A DNA stretch of 32,000 nt from Opitutia bacterium KCR 482 (lineage in GTDB: Bacteria; Verrucomicrobiota; Verrucomicrobiia; Opitutales; Intestinicryptomonadaceae): assembly GCA_029269845.2 (NCBI GenBank), contig CP149973.1:600001-632000 (forward strand), in the 5' to 3' direction. Shown here in pieces: positions 16,700-25,079 of the stretch. Position 1 is the stretch's first letter; each line of letters begins with the position of its first letter. The notes under the pieces were generated by a model that did not search any database, was not told where the DNA came from, and worked only from the letters and a program-made list of their open reading frames with translations. The translations under genes were made by a program, and so were the position numbers.

Positions 16700-17551
16700 T
16701 TAGTTTTCGCGCAGGTACTTTATGCTCTCGCGCATGGTCTCCGTGGGGTTGTCCATCACGCATTCATTCTCGATGACGAAGTAGCCGTCGTAGCCCAAAT
16801 CGTCGAGGGTTTTCAAGCACTTTTTGAGGTCGAGACAGCCCTTGCCGAGCGGCGCGTCGGTTTTTAGATTCAGAACGCCGAACTGCGCGGGGTCTTTGAA
16901 GTGGATTGCCGCAAGCCTGCCGTGCAAGGCCTTGTAGCCCGAGGGAGTGTCCAAGCCCGACCGCGTCCAGTGCCCGTTGTCGGCGCAGGCGTACATGTTG
17001 GGCTTGTCCTTAATCAGCTCCCAAAGCATTTCTGGATTCCAATAAACATAGTCGGGCGCGCAACCCTTCTGGTGGTTGTGGATTGCGACCTTTACGCCGT
17101 ACCTGCCAGCCGCCTCGTTCCACATGTCGATTTTTTCGGGCTTGCCCTCCCAAGTGAAAACGGGAATGCCAAGCTCTTTACATAAGGCGAGATACTTGTC
17201 GGGAGTGTTGTTTTTCTTCGACAAATCCCAAATGCCGTAGGAGACGAATTCGATTTTGTTGTCGGCAAAAAGCTTTTTGACGAACGCCTTTTGCTCGGCA
17301 GTCATGTCGGGCGAAAACTTTGCGCCGCCGAAACGCGCCGCGATTTTCTGCGAACCCGAACATACCACACCGTCCGCGCCAAGCTCTTTCGCCTCTTTGA
17401 CAGTCTCTTCGAGAGTCTTCACTTTCGAATAAACATAGCCGTGCAGGGCAATCTTGCGGTGCTTCTGCGACCGGGTTTTAGACGCGTCCGTCCCCGCGCA
17501 ACCGCAAAGCAACGCGAAAGCAGACAAACATATAATAAGTTTCTTAATCAT
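16700..17551 (-). CDS. Exported (lipoprotein) xylose-isomerase-like TIM-barrel protein (sugar phosphate isomerase/epimerase family)
   Basis: 283 aa. Lipobox MIKKLIICLSAFALLCG|C. The body (VAIHNH, HFKD, FVIENE) fits the AP-endonuclease-2 / xylose-isomerase-like TIM-barrel family. Confidence 0.7.
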   Translation of the reverse strand: MIKKLIICLSAFALLCGCAGTDASKTRSQKHRKIALHGYVYSKVKTLEETVKEAKELGADGVVCSGSQKIAARFGGAKFSPDMTAEQKAFVKKLFADNKIEFVSYGIWDLSKKNNTPDKYLALCKELGIPVFTWEGKPEKIDMWNEAAGRYGVKVAIHNHQKGCAPDYVYWNPEMLWELIKDKPNMYACADNGHWTRSGLDTPSGYKALHGRLAAIHFKDPAQFGVLNLKTDAPLGKGCLDLKKCLKTLDDLGYDGYFVIENECVMDNPTETMRESIKYLREN

Positions 17552-17610
17552 TTTCTATTTTATACAATTAAACTGTTTCTTTCAAAAAAATCAAATAACC
17601 GACAAAGACG

Positions 17611-17733
17611 ATTGCCAACGGCAATACGAACTTATCGGGAAAAGCCCCCTCCGTCGGCGTGCAAGCAACTTGCCTTGGGGGAGCGGGTGGTGAATTTCGC
17701 AAAGCGAAATCCACCCCTGGGGGCGAAGCCCCC
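17611..17733. repeat. Cluster of modular GC-rich hairpins (REP-like), copy B
   Basis: Four hairpins: ATTGCC-AAC-GGCAAT (17611-17625); CGGCGT+GCAAG-CAA-CTTGC (17655-17673); bulged GGGTGGtgaATTTCGC-AAA-GCGAAATCCACCC (17685-17716); GGGGGC-GAA-GCCCCC (17719-17733). These are the same module types as copy A in a different order. The cluster starts 26 nt 3' of the Gfo-family stop. Confidence 0.6.
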
Positions 17734-17758
17734 AAGTTTCGGGAGGTGCGACCCGCGC

Positions 17759-19201
17759 CTAGTACCAGCCGGGGCGCATGGGGGCGTCAATAAAGGAATT
17801 CATGCGGGCAGAACCGCCGATTGCCCTCATTGCCTTGGCGTCCCAAACTACGTCCTCGCCAGTGCGGAGGGTGAGATTGCCGAGCAGGACAACCTCGGTA
17901 AGCTTGGCAATGTCGGTGAAGTTGGAGACAGCCTGCGGAATGTCGCCGCGAACCGCCTCGACAAAGTTGAGGCGGTGGTCGCCGTACTTGACGCGCGGGA
18001 GCGATGCGGGAATTGACTTTGCCACGGCGGTCTTCGACTTCGGCAAAACAATAGGCTTGCCGATGAGGTGCATCTTGGGCGAATAGAGAACGCCCTCGTC
18101 GCCGATGATGAACATGCCGTCGGCGGAGGACAAATCCTTGTAGCTTCTGCCCGTGTCGGTAAATTCCTTCGGGAGGGGCGGGAGGAAAGACTTGTCGAAA
18201 TTGGGCGCCCACTCGCCGTTCTTGTCGGGTTTGAGGAAGCCGCTGTACCAGTGGATTTCAACCTTTTCGCCCTGATTGCTGTTGTCGAAATAGTAGGTGA
18301 TGTGGTCCTGACGCGGGACGGAAATTTCGGTGCCGCCGACCTGACGCGACGAAATCTTCGAGGGATAGCCGAGGTCGAGCGCAAACATGGGAACGTCGAG
18401 AATGTGCGTGCCGATGTCGCCCAACGCACCCGTGCCGTACTTGTATACGCGACGCCAGTTGAGCGGGACGATTTCCGACGAGTACGGGCCGTATTCGGCG
18501 ACATTCAGCCACTTGTCCCAGTCGAGGGTCGGCGGGACAGGCTCGGACGGCCACTGAGTGTAGCCCTGCGTGGGGCGGTTGCAGCCGCCGACGGGGCGCG
18601 TAGTCCACATGACAACCTTGCGAACCTTGCCGATAAGCCCCGCGGCAATCCATTCCTTGGTGATGCGCAGACCGTCGCCGGAGTGAACCATGTTGCCCAT
18701 CTGCGTGGCAAGACCCTTCTTTTCGGCGAACGCGGTAAGCTCGCGAATCTGGCGGATATTATGGCAGAGGGGCTTTTCAAGATAAATCGGGAAGCCGCAT
18801 TTAAGGGCGAGCATCGCGGGGGCAAAGTGCCCGTGGTCGGGCGTCGAGATTACGACGGCGTCCATCTTGCCCTTCATTTTTTCGAACATTTCGCGGTAGT
18901 CTACAAAGCCAGCCGCGTCGGGGTCTGCGTACTTCTTGGCGTTGCCGAAGCCGTAAGAGCCAGTGTCGACGTCGCAGTAGGCGACGAGCTTCTGCTTCAA
19001 GCCCTTCATGATTTTCATGTTCGCGCCGCCCATAAGCCCGCAGCCGATAAACCCGATTCTTATCGGGTCCTTCTCGTACGCTTCAAGCGCCTTGGGCTTC
19101 TGGTTCGGCTCCGCGCCGAACGACAGATACGGAGCGGACACCGCCGCCGCGCTCGCGCAAGCAATGTCGCGCAGGAATTTTCTTCTAGATTTATTTTCCA
19201 T
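17759..19201 (-). CDS. TAT-exported Gfo/Idh/MocA-family oxidoreductase
   Basis: The start is trimmed from 19279 to the ATG at 19201, giving MENKSRRKFLRDIACASAAAVSAPYLSFG (twin-arginine SRRKFL motif). Rossmann motif IGFIGCGLMGG and EKP motif (YLEKPL) are present. Confidence 0.85.
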   Translation of the reverse strand: MENKSRRKFLRDIACASAAAVSAPYLSFGAEPNQKPKALEAYEKDPIRIGFIGCGLMGGANMKIMKGLKQKLVAYCDVDTGSYGFGNAKKYADPDAAGFVDYREMFEKMKGKMDAVVISTPDHGHFAPAMLALKCGFPIYLEKPLCHNIRQIRELTAFAEKKGLATQMGNMVHSGDGLRITKEWIAAGLIGKVRKVVMWTTRPVGGCNRPTQGYTQWPSEPVPPTLDWDKWLNVAEYGPYSSEIVPLNWRRVYKYGTGALGDIGTHILDVPMFALDLGYPSKISSRQVGGTEISVPRQDHITYYFDNSNQGEKVEIHWYSGFLKPDKNGEWAPNFDKSFLPPLPKEFTDTGRSYKDLSSADGMFIIGDEGVLYSPKMHLIGKPIVLPKSKTAVAKSIPASLPRVKYGDHRLNFVEAVRGDIPQAVSNFTDIAKLTEVVLLGNLTLRTGEDVVWDAKAMRAIGGSARMNSFIDAPMRPGWY

Positions 19202-19232
19202 ATATAGAATTTGTTTTGTCTTTAAACTTAAT

Positions 19233-19261
19233 AATATACCACACTCCAACCACAATGTCAA
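19233..19261 (-). promoter_or_regulatory. Sigma70-type promoter of the Gfo/Idh/MocA gene
   Basis: Minus strand reads TTGACA (19256-19261), exactly 17 nt, then TATATT (19233-19238), about 31 nt upstream of the ATG. This is the best promoter match in the window. Confidence 0.6.
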
Positions 19262-19262
19262 G

Positions 19263-19365
19263 GGCGCGAGTCGCGCCACCCTACGGAGCTTCGCTCCTTA
19301 TAGTTGTTATGCGGCGCGGCTATAACCGCGCCTTTCCCCGATTAGTCCGTATTGGCTTCGCCAAT
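19263..19365. repeat. Cluster of short GC-rich hairpins (REP-like), copy C
   Basis: Four hairpins: GGCGCG-AGT-CGCGCC (19263-19277; compare 8585-8599); GGAGC-TTC-GCTCC (19285-19297); GGCGCGG-CTATAA-CCGCGCC (19313-19332); ATTGGC-TTC-GCCAAT (19351-19365; compare 17611-17625). Confidence 0.5.
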
Positions 19366-19538
19366 TACTGGCGTTGGAATTATTCCTTGCAAAGAGAAAA
19401 ACTAATTAAAATAGACGCGCTACGCGCGGATAAAAAGAAAAGCGGAAATCCCACAACATGGAATCTCCGCTTACCGATAAACTAAACTTTTATCCCAAAG
19501 CACTCTAAAAATCTTCGTGCGCCAGCACTCACTTATTA

Positions 19539-19556
19539 GGGGCGTTTTCACGCCCC
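19539..19556 (-). terminator. Possible asd terminator hairpin
   Basis: GGGGCG-TTTTCA-CGCCCC lies 10 nt after the asd stop, but no U-tract follows on the minus strand. Confidence 0.35.
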
Positions 19557-19566
19557 GTTGTGCAAA

Positions 19567-20577
19567 CTATTCTCCTTTTGCAATCAGCTCCGCAATCTGC
19601 ACGGCGTTCAACGCTGCGCCCTTCCAGAGTTGGTCGCCCGCAACCCAGAACGAAAGTCCGTTTTCGAACGCCAAATCCTTGCGGATTCTGCCCACGCCGC
19701 ACTTTTCCTTGTTCTGGAAATTGAGCGGAACGGGGTAGATTTTGTTGTCGATGTCGTCCACAAGCTCCGCCCCTGGGAACGCCGCAATGGCGGCTCTTGC
19801 GCGTTCGACGTCTACGGGCTTTTCGAACTCGGCGTTGATTGCCACGCTGTGCGCGCGCATTACGGGAACGCGAACGCATGTTGTGGAATTGAGAACGGTC
19901 GGAAGTTCGAGAATCTTGCGGGTTTCGTTGAGCATTTTAAGCTCTTCTTTCGTGTAGCCGTTGTCGAGGAAAACGTCCACATGCGGAATGACGTTGTAGG
20001 CAATCTGGTAGGGATAGACGCTTACTTCGGGCTTTGTGCCCTCTACAATCGCCCTGTTCTGGGCTTTGAGTTCCTCCATCGCCGCGACGCCCGTGCCCGA
20101 CACCGCCTGATATGTAGCGGCAAAGAAACGCTTCAAGCCGAATTCCCTGTGGAGGGGGCAGAGAGCCATGAGAGAAATCGCCGTCGTGCAGTTCGGGTTG
20201 GCGATGATGTTCTTGTGCCCCTTGATTGCGTGCGGGTTGACTTCGGGCACGATAAGCGGGACGTCGGGGTCCATTCTGAACGCCGAGCTGTTGTCGATTG
20301 CGATGCACCCGCGCTTTGCGCATTCGGGAACGAGCTGTTTGGAGGGCGTGCCGCCCGCCGAGAAAATGGCGATGTCGAAGCGCGAGAAGCATTCGGGTTT
20401 TGCCTCCTCGACGATAAAAGTTTTGTCTTCGAATTTTATTTCCTTGCCCGCCGAGCGCGACGATGCCATTAATGTCAGAGACTCCATTGGAAAGTTTCTT
20501 TTGAAAAGAAGCTTTATGAGTTCTTGTCCGACGGCGCCGGTCGCGCCCACGATAGCAACTTTATACTTTTTATTCAT
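19567..20577 (-). CDS. asd: Aspartate-semialdehyde dehydrogenase
   Basis: MNKKYKVAIVGATGAVGQELIKLL... and NPNCTT with the active-site Cys, plus overall Asd layout. The start is trimmed from 20613 to the ATG at 20577. Confidence 0.9.
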   Translation of the reverse strand: MNKKYKVAIVGATGAVGQELIKLLFKRNFPMESLTLMASSRSAGKEIKFEDKTFIVEEAKPECFSRFDIAIFSAGGTPSKQLVPECAKRGCIAIDNSSAFRMDPDVPLIVPEVNPHAIKGHKNIIANPNCTTAISLMALCPLHREFGLKRFFAATYQAVSGTGVAAMEELKAQNRAIVEGTKPEVSVYPYQIAYNVIPHVDVFLDNGYTKEELKMLNETRKILELPTVLNSTTCVRVPVMRAHSVAINAEFEKPVDVERARAAIAAFPGAELVDDIDNKIYPVPLNFQNKEKCGVGRIRKDLAFENGLSFWVAGDQLWKGAALNAVQIAELIAKGE

Positions 20578-20596
20578 GAATATTTTTTTAGCTAAA

Positions 20597-21109
20597 ATGT
20601 TGGAAGCCTGCAATAGGCTGAATGTAAAACCTTCGAAATATCTTATATACGCGTCGATTGGCGAGCAAAAACTTTACGTTTTTTCAAAAAACACGCTTTT
20701 AAAGACCTACCCCATATCGACATCGCGCGCCGCGACGAGCTGCGTAAGGGACTCTCTCGGCACTCCGACGGGGCTTCATAAAATCGACGGAAAAATCGGC
20801 GCAGACGCCCCGCTCGACACGGTTTTCCGCGGGCGCGTCCCCTGCGGGCTGATTTGCGAGCAGACGCCCGAAGAACAAAAGAAGAACCTCATCACCGCGC
20901 GAATCATGCGTCTGCGCGGCTTGGAGAACGGCGTGAACGCGGGCGGCGACGTAGACACCTACGCCCGCTACGTCTACATTCATGGGACGAATCAGGAGGA
21001 CAAAGTGGGAACGCCCAACAGCCACGGCTGCCTGCTGCTAAAAAACGCGGACGTTGCGGAGCTTTTTGATGTTGTAAACGACGGCTCGCTCGTGCTAATC
21101 TGCATGTAG
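20597..21109 (+). CDS. YkuD-domain L,D-transpeptidase-family protein (small, no obvious signal peptide)
   Basis: The C-terminal YIHGTNQEDKVGTPNSHGCLLLKNADVAELF is the YkuD catalytic His/Cys motif, and the upstream LGTPTGLHKI fits the family. The 313-aa ORF-track product is an artefactual extension antisense to asd. The first plausible start after asd is the ATG at 20597 (alternative 20576). Confidence 0.65.
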   Translation: MLEACNRLNVKPSKYLIYASIGEQKLYVFSKNTLLKTYPISTSRAATSCVRDSLGTPTGLHKIDGKIGADAPLDTVFRGRVPCGLICEQTPEEQKKNLITARIMRLRGLENGVNAGGDVDTYARYVYIHGTNQEDKVGTPNSHGCLLLKNADVAELFDVVNDGSLVLICM

Positions 21110-21116
21110 ATTTTTT

Positions 21117-22493
21117 ATGCGAAGCATTCTCATAGTTGACGACGAAAAACACACGCGCGACGGGCTGTCCGCGGTTCTCGCCGATTCATACGACGTTTTC
21201 GCCGCCGCAGACGCCGACGAGGCAATCAAAATGCTCGACGCCGAACCTTTCGACGCCGTTATTACCGACCTCCGCATGGCGGGAAAGTCTGGCATGAGCG
21301 TGATAGACAAGACAATCTCCATGCCCGAAAAGCCCGTCTGCATAATGCTCACGGCGTACGGGAACATGGAAACCGCGGTGGAGGCAATGAAGCACGGAGC
21401 TACGGATTTTCTCGCGAAGCCCGTAGACATCGACAGGCTCGAAAAAACGCTCTCCGACGCGCTCGACAGGCGCGACGCGCAGAAAAGCGAGGCTGACATC
21501 AAGAAGCGCGAGCACGTCGCCGCCGTGAAGAAATCGCACGGGGAGGACGCGGTGGTCGCCACAAAGCACGTCGAGACGGGCTGTCTTATCGCCACGGGCA
21601 AAAAAATGCGCGAAGTGGTGGAAAAGGCGGTTCAGGTTGCGCACTCAAAGGCGACAGTCATGATTACGGGCGAGACGGGAACGGGCAAAGAGCTAATCGC
21701 CCGCCTCATACACTCGTCGTCGCCGCGCAAGGACAAGCCTTTCCTTCCCGTCCACTGCGCCGCGCTTCCCGCAAACCTCCTTGAAAGCGAGCTTTTCGGC
21801 TATGAAAAGGGCGCGTTCACGGGCGCTGCCCAGCGCAGAATAGGACGCTTCGAAGCGGCGGACGGCGGCACAATCTTCCTCGACGAAATCGGGGAAATCG
21901 ACGCGCAGACGCAGGTCAAGCTTTTGCGCTTTTTGGAGACAAAGACTTTCGAAAGGCTCGGCAGCACGCAGAGCATTACGGTGGACGTGCGCGTTGTGTG
22001 CGCCACAAACAAAGACCTCAAAGCCATGAGCGAGCGCGGCGAATACCGCGAAGACCTCTACTACCGCCTGAACGTTGTGGAAATAAAAATTCCGCCGCTG
22101 CGCGAGCACAGGGAGGACATAGAGCCGCTGCTGAAATCGTACATAGGCTACTACGCGCGCGAAAACGGCGTAGAGCCCGTGGAAATTTCGCCCGAAGCTC
22201 TCGACATTCTCGAAAAATACGAGTGGCATGGCAACATCAGGGAGCTTAGAAATTTCGCCGAAAACATCGTGGTAATGAGCCCCGCCCGCAGGCTCGAGGC
22301 AAAAGACCTCGACCCGAAATTCACGCTTCCGCCGCGGCACGAAAGCCCGACGCTCTCGAAAAAAGAGAACGAGGCGGAGCTTATCAGAAAGGCGTTGGAG
22401 GCTTCGGGCGGAAACAAAAGCAGGGCGGCGGAAATGCTCGGAATCAGCCGCCGCACGATCCACAGGAAGCTCGACGAATTCAAACGCGGATAG
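21117..22493 (+). CDS. Sigma54-dependent response regulator (NtrC family: REC + AAA+ + Fis-type HTH)
   Basis: REC domain (ILIVDDE, phospho-acceptor in VITDLRM). Walker A GETGTGKE. The GAFTGA signature is present (EKGAFTGA). Also FLDEIGE, and a C-terminal HTH ([20 protein letters not shown]). No sensor kinase gene is adjacent. Confidence 0.9.
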   Translation: MRSILIVDDEKHTRDGLSAVLADSYDVFAAADADEAIKMLDAEPFDAVITDLRMAGKSGMSVIDKTISMPEKPVCIMLTAYGNMETAVEAMKHGATDFLAKPVDIDRLEKTLSDALDRRDAQKSEADIKKREHVAAVKKSHGEDAVVATKHVETGCLIATGKKMREVVEKAVQVAHSKATVMITGETGTGKELIARLIHSSSPRKDKPFLPVHCAALPANLLESELFGYEKGAFTGAAQRRIGRFEAADGGTIFLDEIGEIDAQTQVKLLRFLETKTFERLGSTQSITVDVRVVCATNKDLKAMSERGEYREDLYYRLNVVEIKIPPLREHREDIEPLLKSYIGYYARENGVEPVEISPEALDILEKYEWHGNIRELRNFAENIVVMSPARRLEAKDLDPKFTLPPRHESPTLSKKENEAELIRKALEASGGNKSRAAEMLGISRRTIHRKLDEFKRG

Positions 22494-22494
22494 C

Positions 22495-24033
22495 ATGGGC
22501 GCGGATCTGAAAAACATTGCGAAAGTGTCGTTCGGGACGGTCGGCTCGCGCGTGATGGGGCTTGTGCGCGACTCCGCCACAATGGCGTACATGGGAATCG
22601 GCGCGGTTAGCGCGGCATACACATTCGCATTCACCCTCCCCAACCTCTTCCGCAGACTCCTCGGCGAGGGCGCGCTGACTTCGGCGCTGATTCCGATTTT
22701 CTCGCAGACGCTCAAAAACGACGGCAGGGAAAACGCGTTCGCGTTCCTCAACAGGGTGCTCACGCGCGGCGGAATTTTGATGGCGGCGCTCGCCGTGCTG
22801 GGGTCGCTGGCGGCGGTGTGCGCGGCGCAGTTTTTCGACGCCGAACAGCAGAGGTTTCTCCTCGGTGCAAGCTTCTCGGCGGTGCTCATGCCCTACCTTA
22901 CGCTCGTGTGCCTTGCGGCGGTGTTTTCGGGGGCGTTGAACGCGCTCGGCTCGTTCGGAGTTCCGTCGATTACGCCGGCTCTGCACAACCTCTCGATTAT
23001 AGGCGGGCTTGCGGCGGGAGTCGCGCTCTTCGGCTCGGAAGACGCGGTTTCGATTGCGTACTGCATGTGCGCGGGCTGGCTTGCGGGGGGCTTCATACAG
23101 CTTGCGCTGCCCGCGTACTGGCTGTCGAAATGCGGCTGGAAATTTTCGTTCGACCTCTCGCCGTCGCCCGCGCTGTCGGAACTGTACGCGCTGTTTTTGC
23201 CCGCGCTCGTGGGGGCGGCGGTGTTCCAGCTGAACGTGTTTGTCTCGAAAATGCTCGCGCTGTTCCTCAACGACGCGGCTCTCCCTACGCTCTACCTTTC
23301 GAGCAGGATTCTCGAATTTCCGCTGGGAGTGTTCACGCTCGCAATCGCGACGGTCTATTTCCCGAAACTATCAAAGCTGGGAGACTCCGGCGCCGAGTTC
23401 AGGCGCGAGTACTCAAACGGGCTTGTTGTGACGATGGGAATCGCAATACCCGCAATGTTCGGGATTATCGCTACTTCACGCGACATCTTGGCCCTGCTTT
23501 TCGAGTGGGGTCTGTTCGGGACGAAGGACGTAGACGTCTGCCTGCCCGTGCTGATTGTAAGCGTCATAGGGCTGCCTTTCTTCGCGCTCTCGACATTCGC
23601 CACGCGCGGATTCCACTCTACAAAAGACACGCGCACGCCCGTGAAAGTGTCGTACTGGGCGTTTGCCGCAAACGTCGCGCTGTCGCTTGCGCTGATGTTC
23701 CCGTTCGGAGCGGCGGGGCTTGCGGGGGCGAACGTGGGGGCGGCGGCGTTGCAGGCGCTTATGCTCGACGCCAAGCTGAAACGCAAGAGCGGAACTTCGG
23801 GCGAATGCCGCGAGATTTTGAAAATCGTGGCGGCGTCGGCGGCGATGGCGTGCGCGGTGGTCGCGGCGCGGAACGCGCTTGCAGAAACGCTTTCGGGCAA
23901 GACGCTCGCGTTCGCAGTGTGCGCGGTCGTGATACCCGTGGCGTGCGTTTTCTACTACGCAATGCTTAAAATTCTGCGGTTTAAAAGAACCGAAAACATC
24001 GAAAAAATTTTGTTCAGGAAAATACGGAAATGA
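22495..24033 (+). CDS. murJ: Lipid II flippase MurJ (MviN family)
   Basis: 512 aa and polytopic. The family-typical opening is GSRVMGLVRDSATMAYMG...FTLPNLFRRLLGEGALTSALIPIF. The ATG lies 1 nt after the upstream TAG. Confidence 0.85.
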   Translation: MGADLKNIAKVSFGTVGSRVMGLVRDSATMAYMGIGAVSAAYTFAFTLPNLFRRLLGEGALTSALIPIFSQTLKNDGRENAFAFLNRVLTRGGILMAALAVLGSLAAVCAAQFFDAEQQRFLLGASFSAVLMPYLTLVCLAAVFSGALNALGSFGVPSITPALHNLSIIGGLAAGVALFGSEDAVSIAYCMCAGWLAGGFIQLALPAYWLSKCGWKFSFDLSPSPALSELYALFLPALVGAAVFQLNVFVSKMLALFLNDAALPTLYLSSRILEFPLGVFTLAIATVYFPKLSKLGDSGAEFRREYSNGLVVTMGIAIPAMFGIIATSRDILALLFEWGLFGTKDVDVCLPVLIVSVIGLPFFALSTFATRGFHSTKDTRTPVKVSYWAFAANVALSLALMFPFGAAGLAGANVGAAALQALMLDAKLKRKSGTSGECREILKIVAASAAMACAVVAARNALAETLSGKTLAFAVCAVVIPVACVFYYAMLKILRFKRTENIEKILFRKIRK

Positions 24034-25079
24034 CCGAAAACACCATGCCAGACTCGCGCGAGCTATTCCACGCAACATGCGCGGGCGTAAAATTCAAACG
24101 CCCGCCGTTTTGGCTCATGCGGCAGGCGGGACGCTATCTGCCAGAATACAGGCGGTTGAAGGAAAAGCACGGCTTCCTCGGAATCGTCAGGACGCCTGAA
24201 GTCGCGGTGGAGGCGGCGTTGCAGCCAATCAGGAGGTTCGACTTCGACTGCGCGATAATTTTTTCCGACATTCTCGTAATTCCCGAAGCCCTCGGCTTCC
24301 CCTACAAATTCAAGGACGCGGGCGGCATTCTCATGGAGCGCAGGGTGGAGACCGAAGACGACGTGCGCGAAATGCGCGACAACATCGGCGGAATCCGCGA
24401 AAGGCTCGCCTACGTTTTCGAGAACGCAAAACTGCTGCGCCGCGCGCTTCCCAAGAAGGCGGTGCTGGGCTTCTGCGGCTCGCCGTTCACTCTCGCCGCG
24501 TACATGGTTGAGGGCGAAAGCTCGAAGACGTTTCCGCGCTTCCGAAACTTCCTCTCGCAAAGGCGCGGCGTTTTCGAAATGCTCGCCGAAACCCTCGAAG
24601 ACGCGCTCTCCGACTATCTGAAAATGCAGATTGAATGCGGGCTTGACGGCGTCCAGATTTTCGACTCGCACGCGTCGCTCACCCCGCCCGACGAATACGG
24701 AAGGCTGTCGGGCGGGCACATTAAAAACATACTCGACAAGCTCGACGGGCGCACGCGCACGATAGTCTTCGCGCCGCACATGTCGGGGAGGTTCGCGGAA
24801 GTCTCGCAACTGGGCGCGGACGTGTATTCGGTAGACTCCGCCGCGCCGCTGCCGTCGCTTAGATGCGGCGCAACGCCCTACTGCCTGCAAGGCAACCTGC
24901 CGCCCGAAACGCTGTCGAACTCGACGCCCGAAAAGACCGCCGAACTTACGAAAAAAATAGTCGCCGACATGCTCCCGTTCGGACGCCACATTTTCAACCT
25001 CGGACACGGCATTCGCCCCGACGCGAAAATCGAAAACGTGGAGGCGATGTGCCGCGCGGTAAGGAGCTTCGAGCAATGA
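24030..25079 (+). CDS. hemE: Uroporphyrinogen decarboxylase
   Basis: PPFWLMRQAGRYLPEYR is the HemE signature, with the FSDILVIPEA motif. ATGA overlap with the murJ stop. Confidence 0.9.
   Translation: MTENTMPDSRELFHATCAGVKFKRPPFWLMRQAGRYLPEYRRLKEKHGFLGIVRTPEVAVEAALQPIRRFDFDCAIIFSDILVIPEALGFPYKFKDAGGILMERRVETEDDVREMRDNIGGIRERLAYVFENAKLLRRALPKKAVLGFCGSPFTLAAYMVEGESSKTFPRFRNFLSQRRGVFEMLAETLEDALSDYLKMQIECGLDGVQIFDSHASLTPPDEYGRLSGGHIKNILDKLDGRTRTIVFAPHMSGRFAEVSQLGADVYSVDSAAPLPSLRCGATPYCLQGNLPPETLSNSTPEKTAELTKKIVADMLPFGRHIFNLGHGIRPDAKIENVEAMCRAVRSFEQ

Noticed and set aside
20168-20596. N-terminal 143 aa of the 313-aa ORF-track product fused to the YkuD domain.
   Set aside because: This part is entirely antisense to asd, has no family resemblance, and the YkuD domain begins only after 20597. 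The same logic was used to trim the upstream extensions of purD (15472 to 15421), the Gfo-family gene (19279 to 19201), asd (20613 to 20577), hemN (24863 to 25076) and the six-hairpin hydrolase (10342 to 10303).
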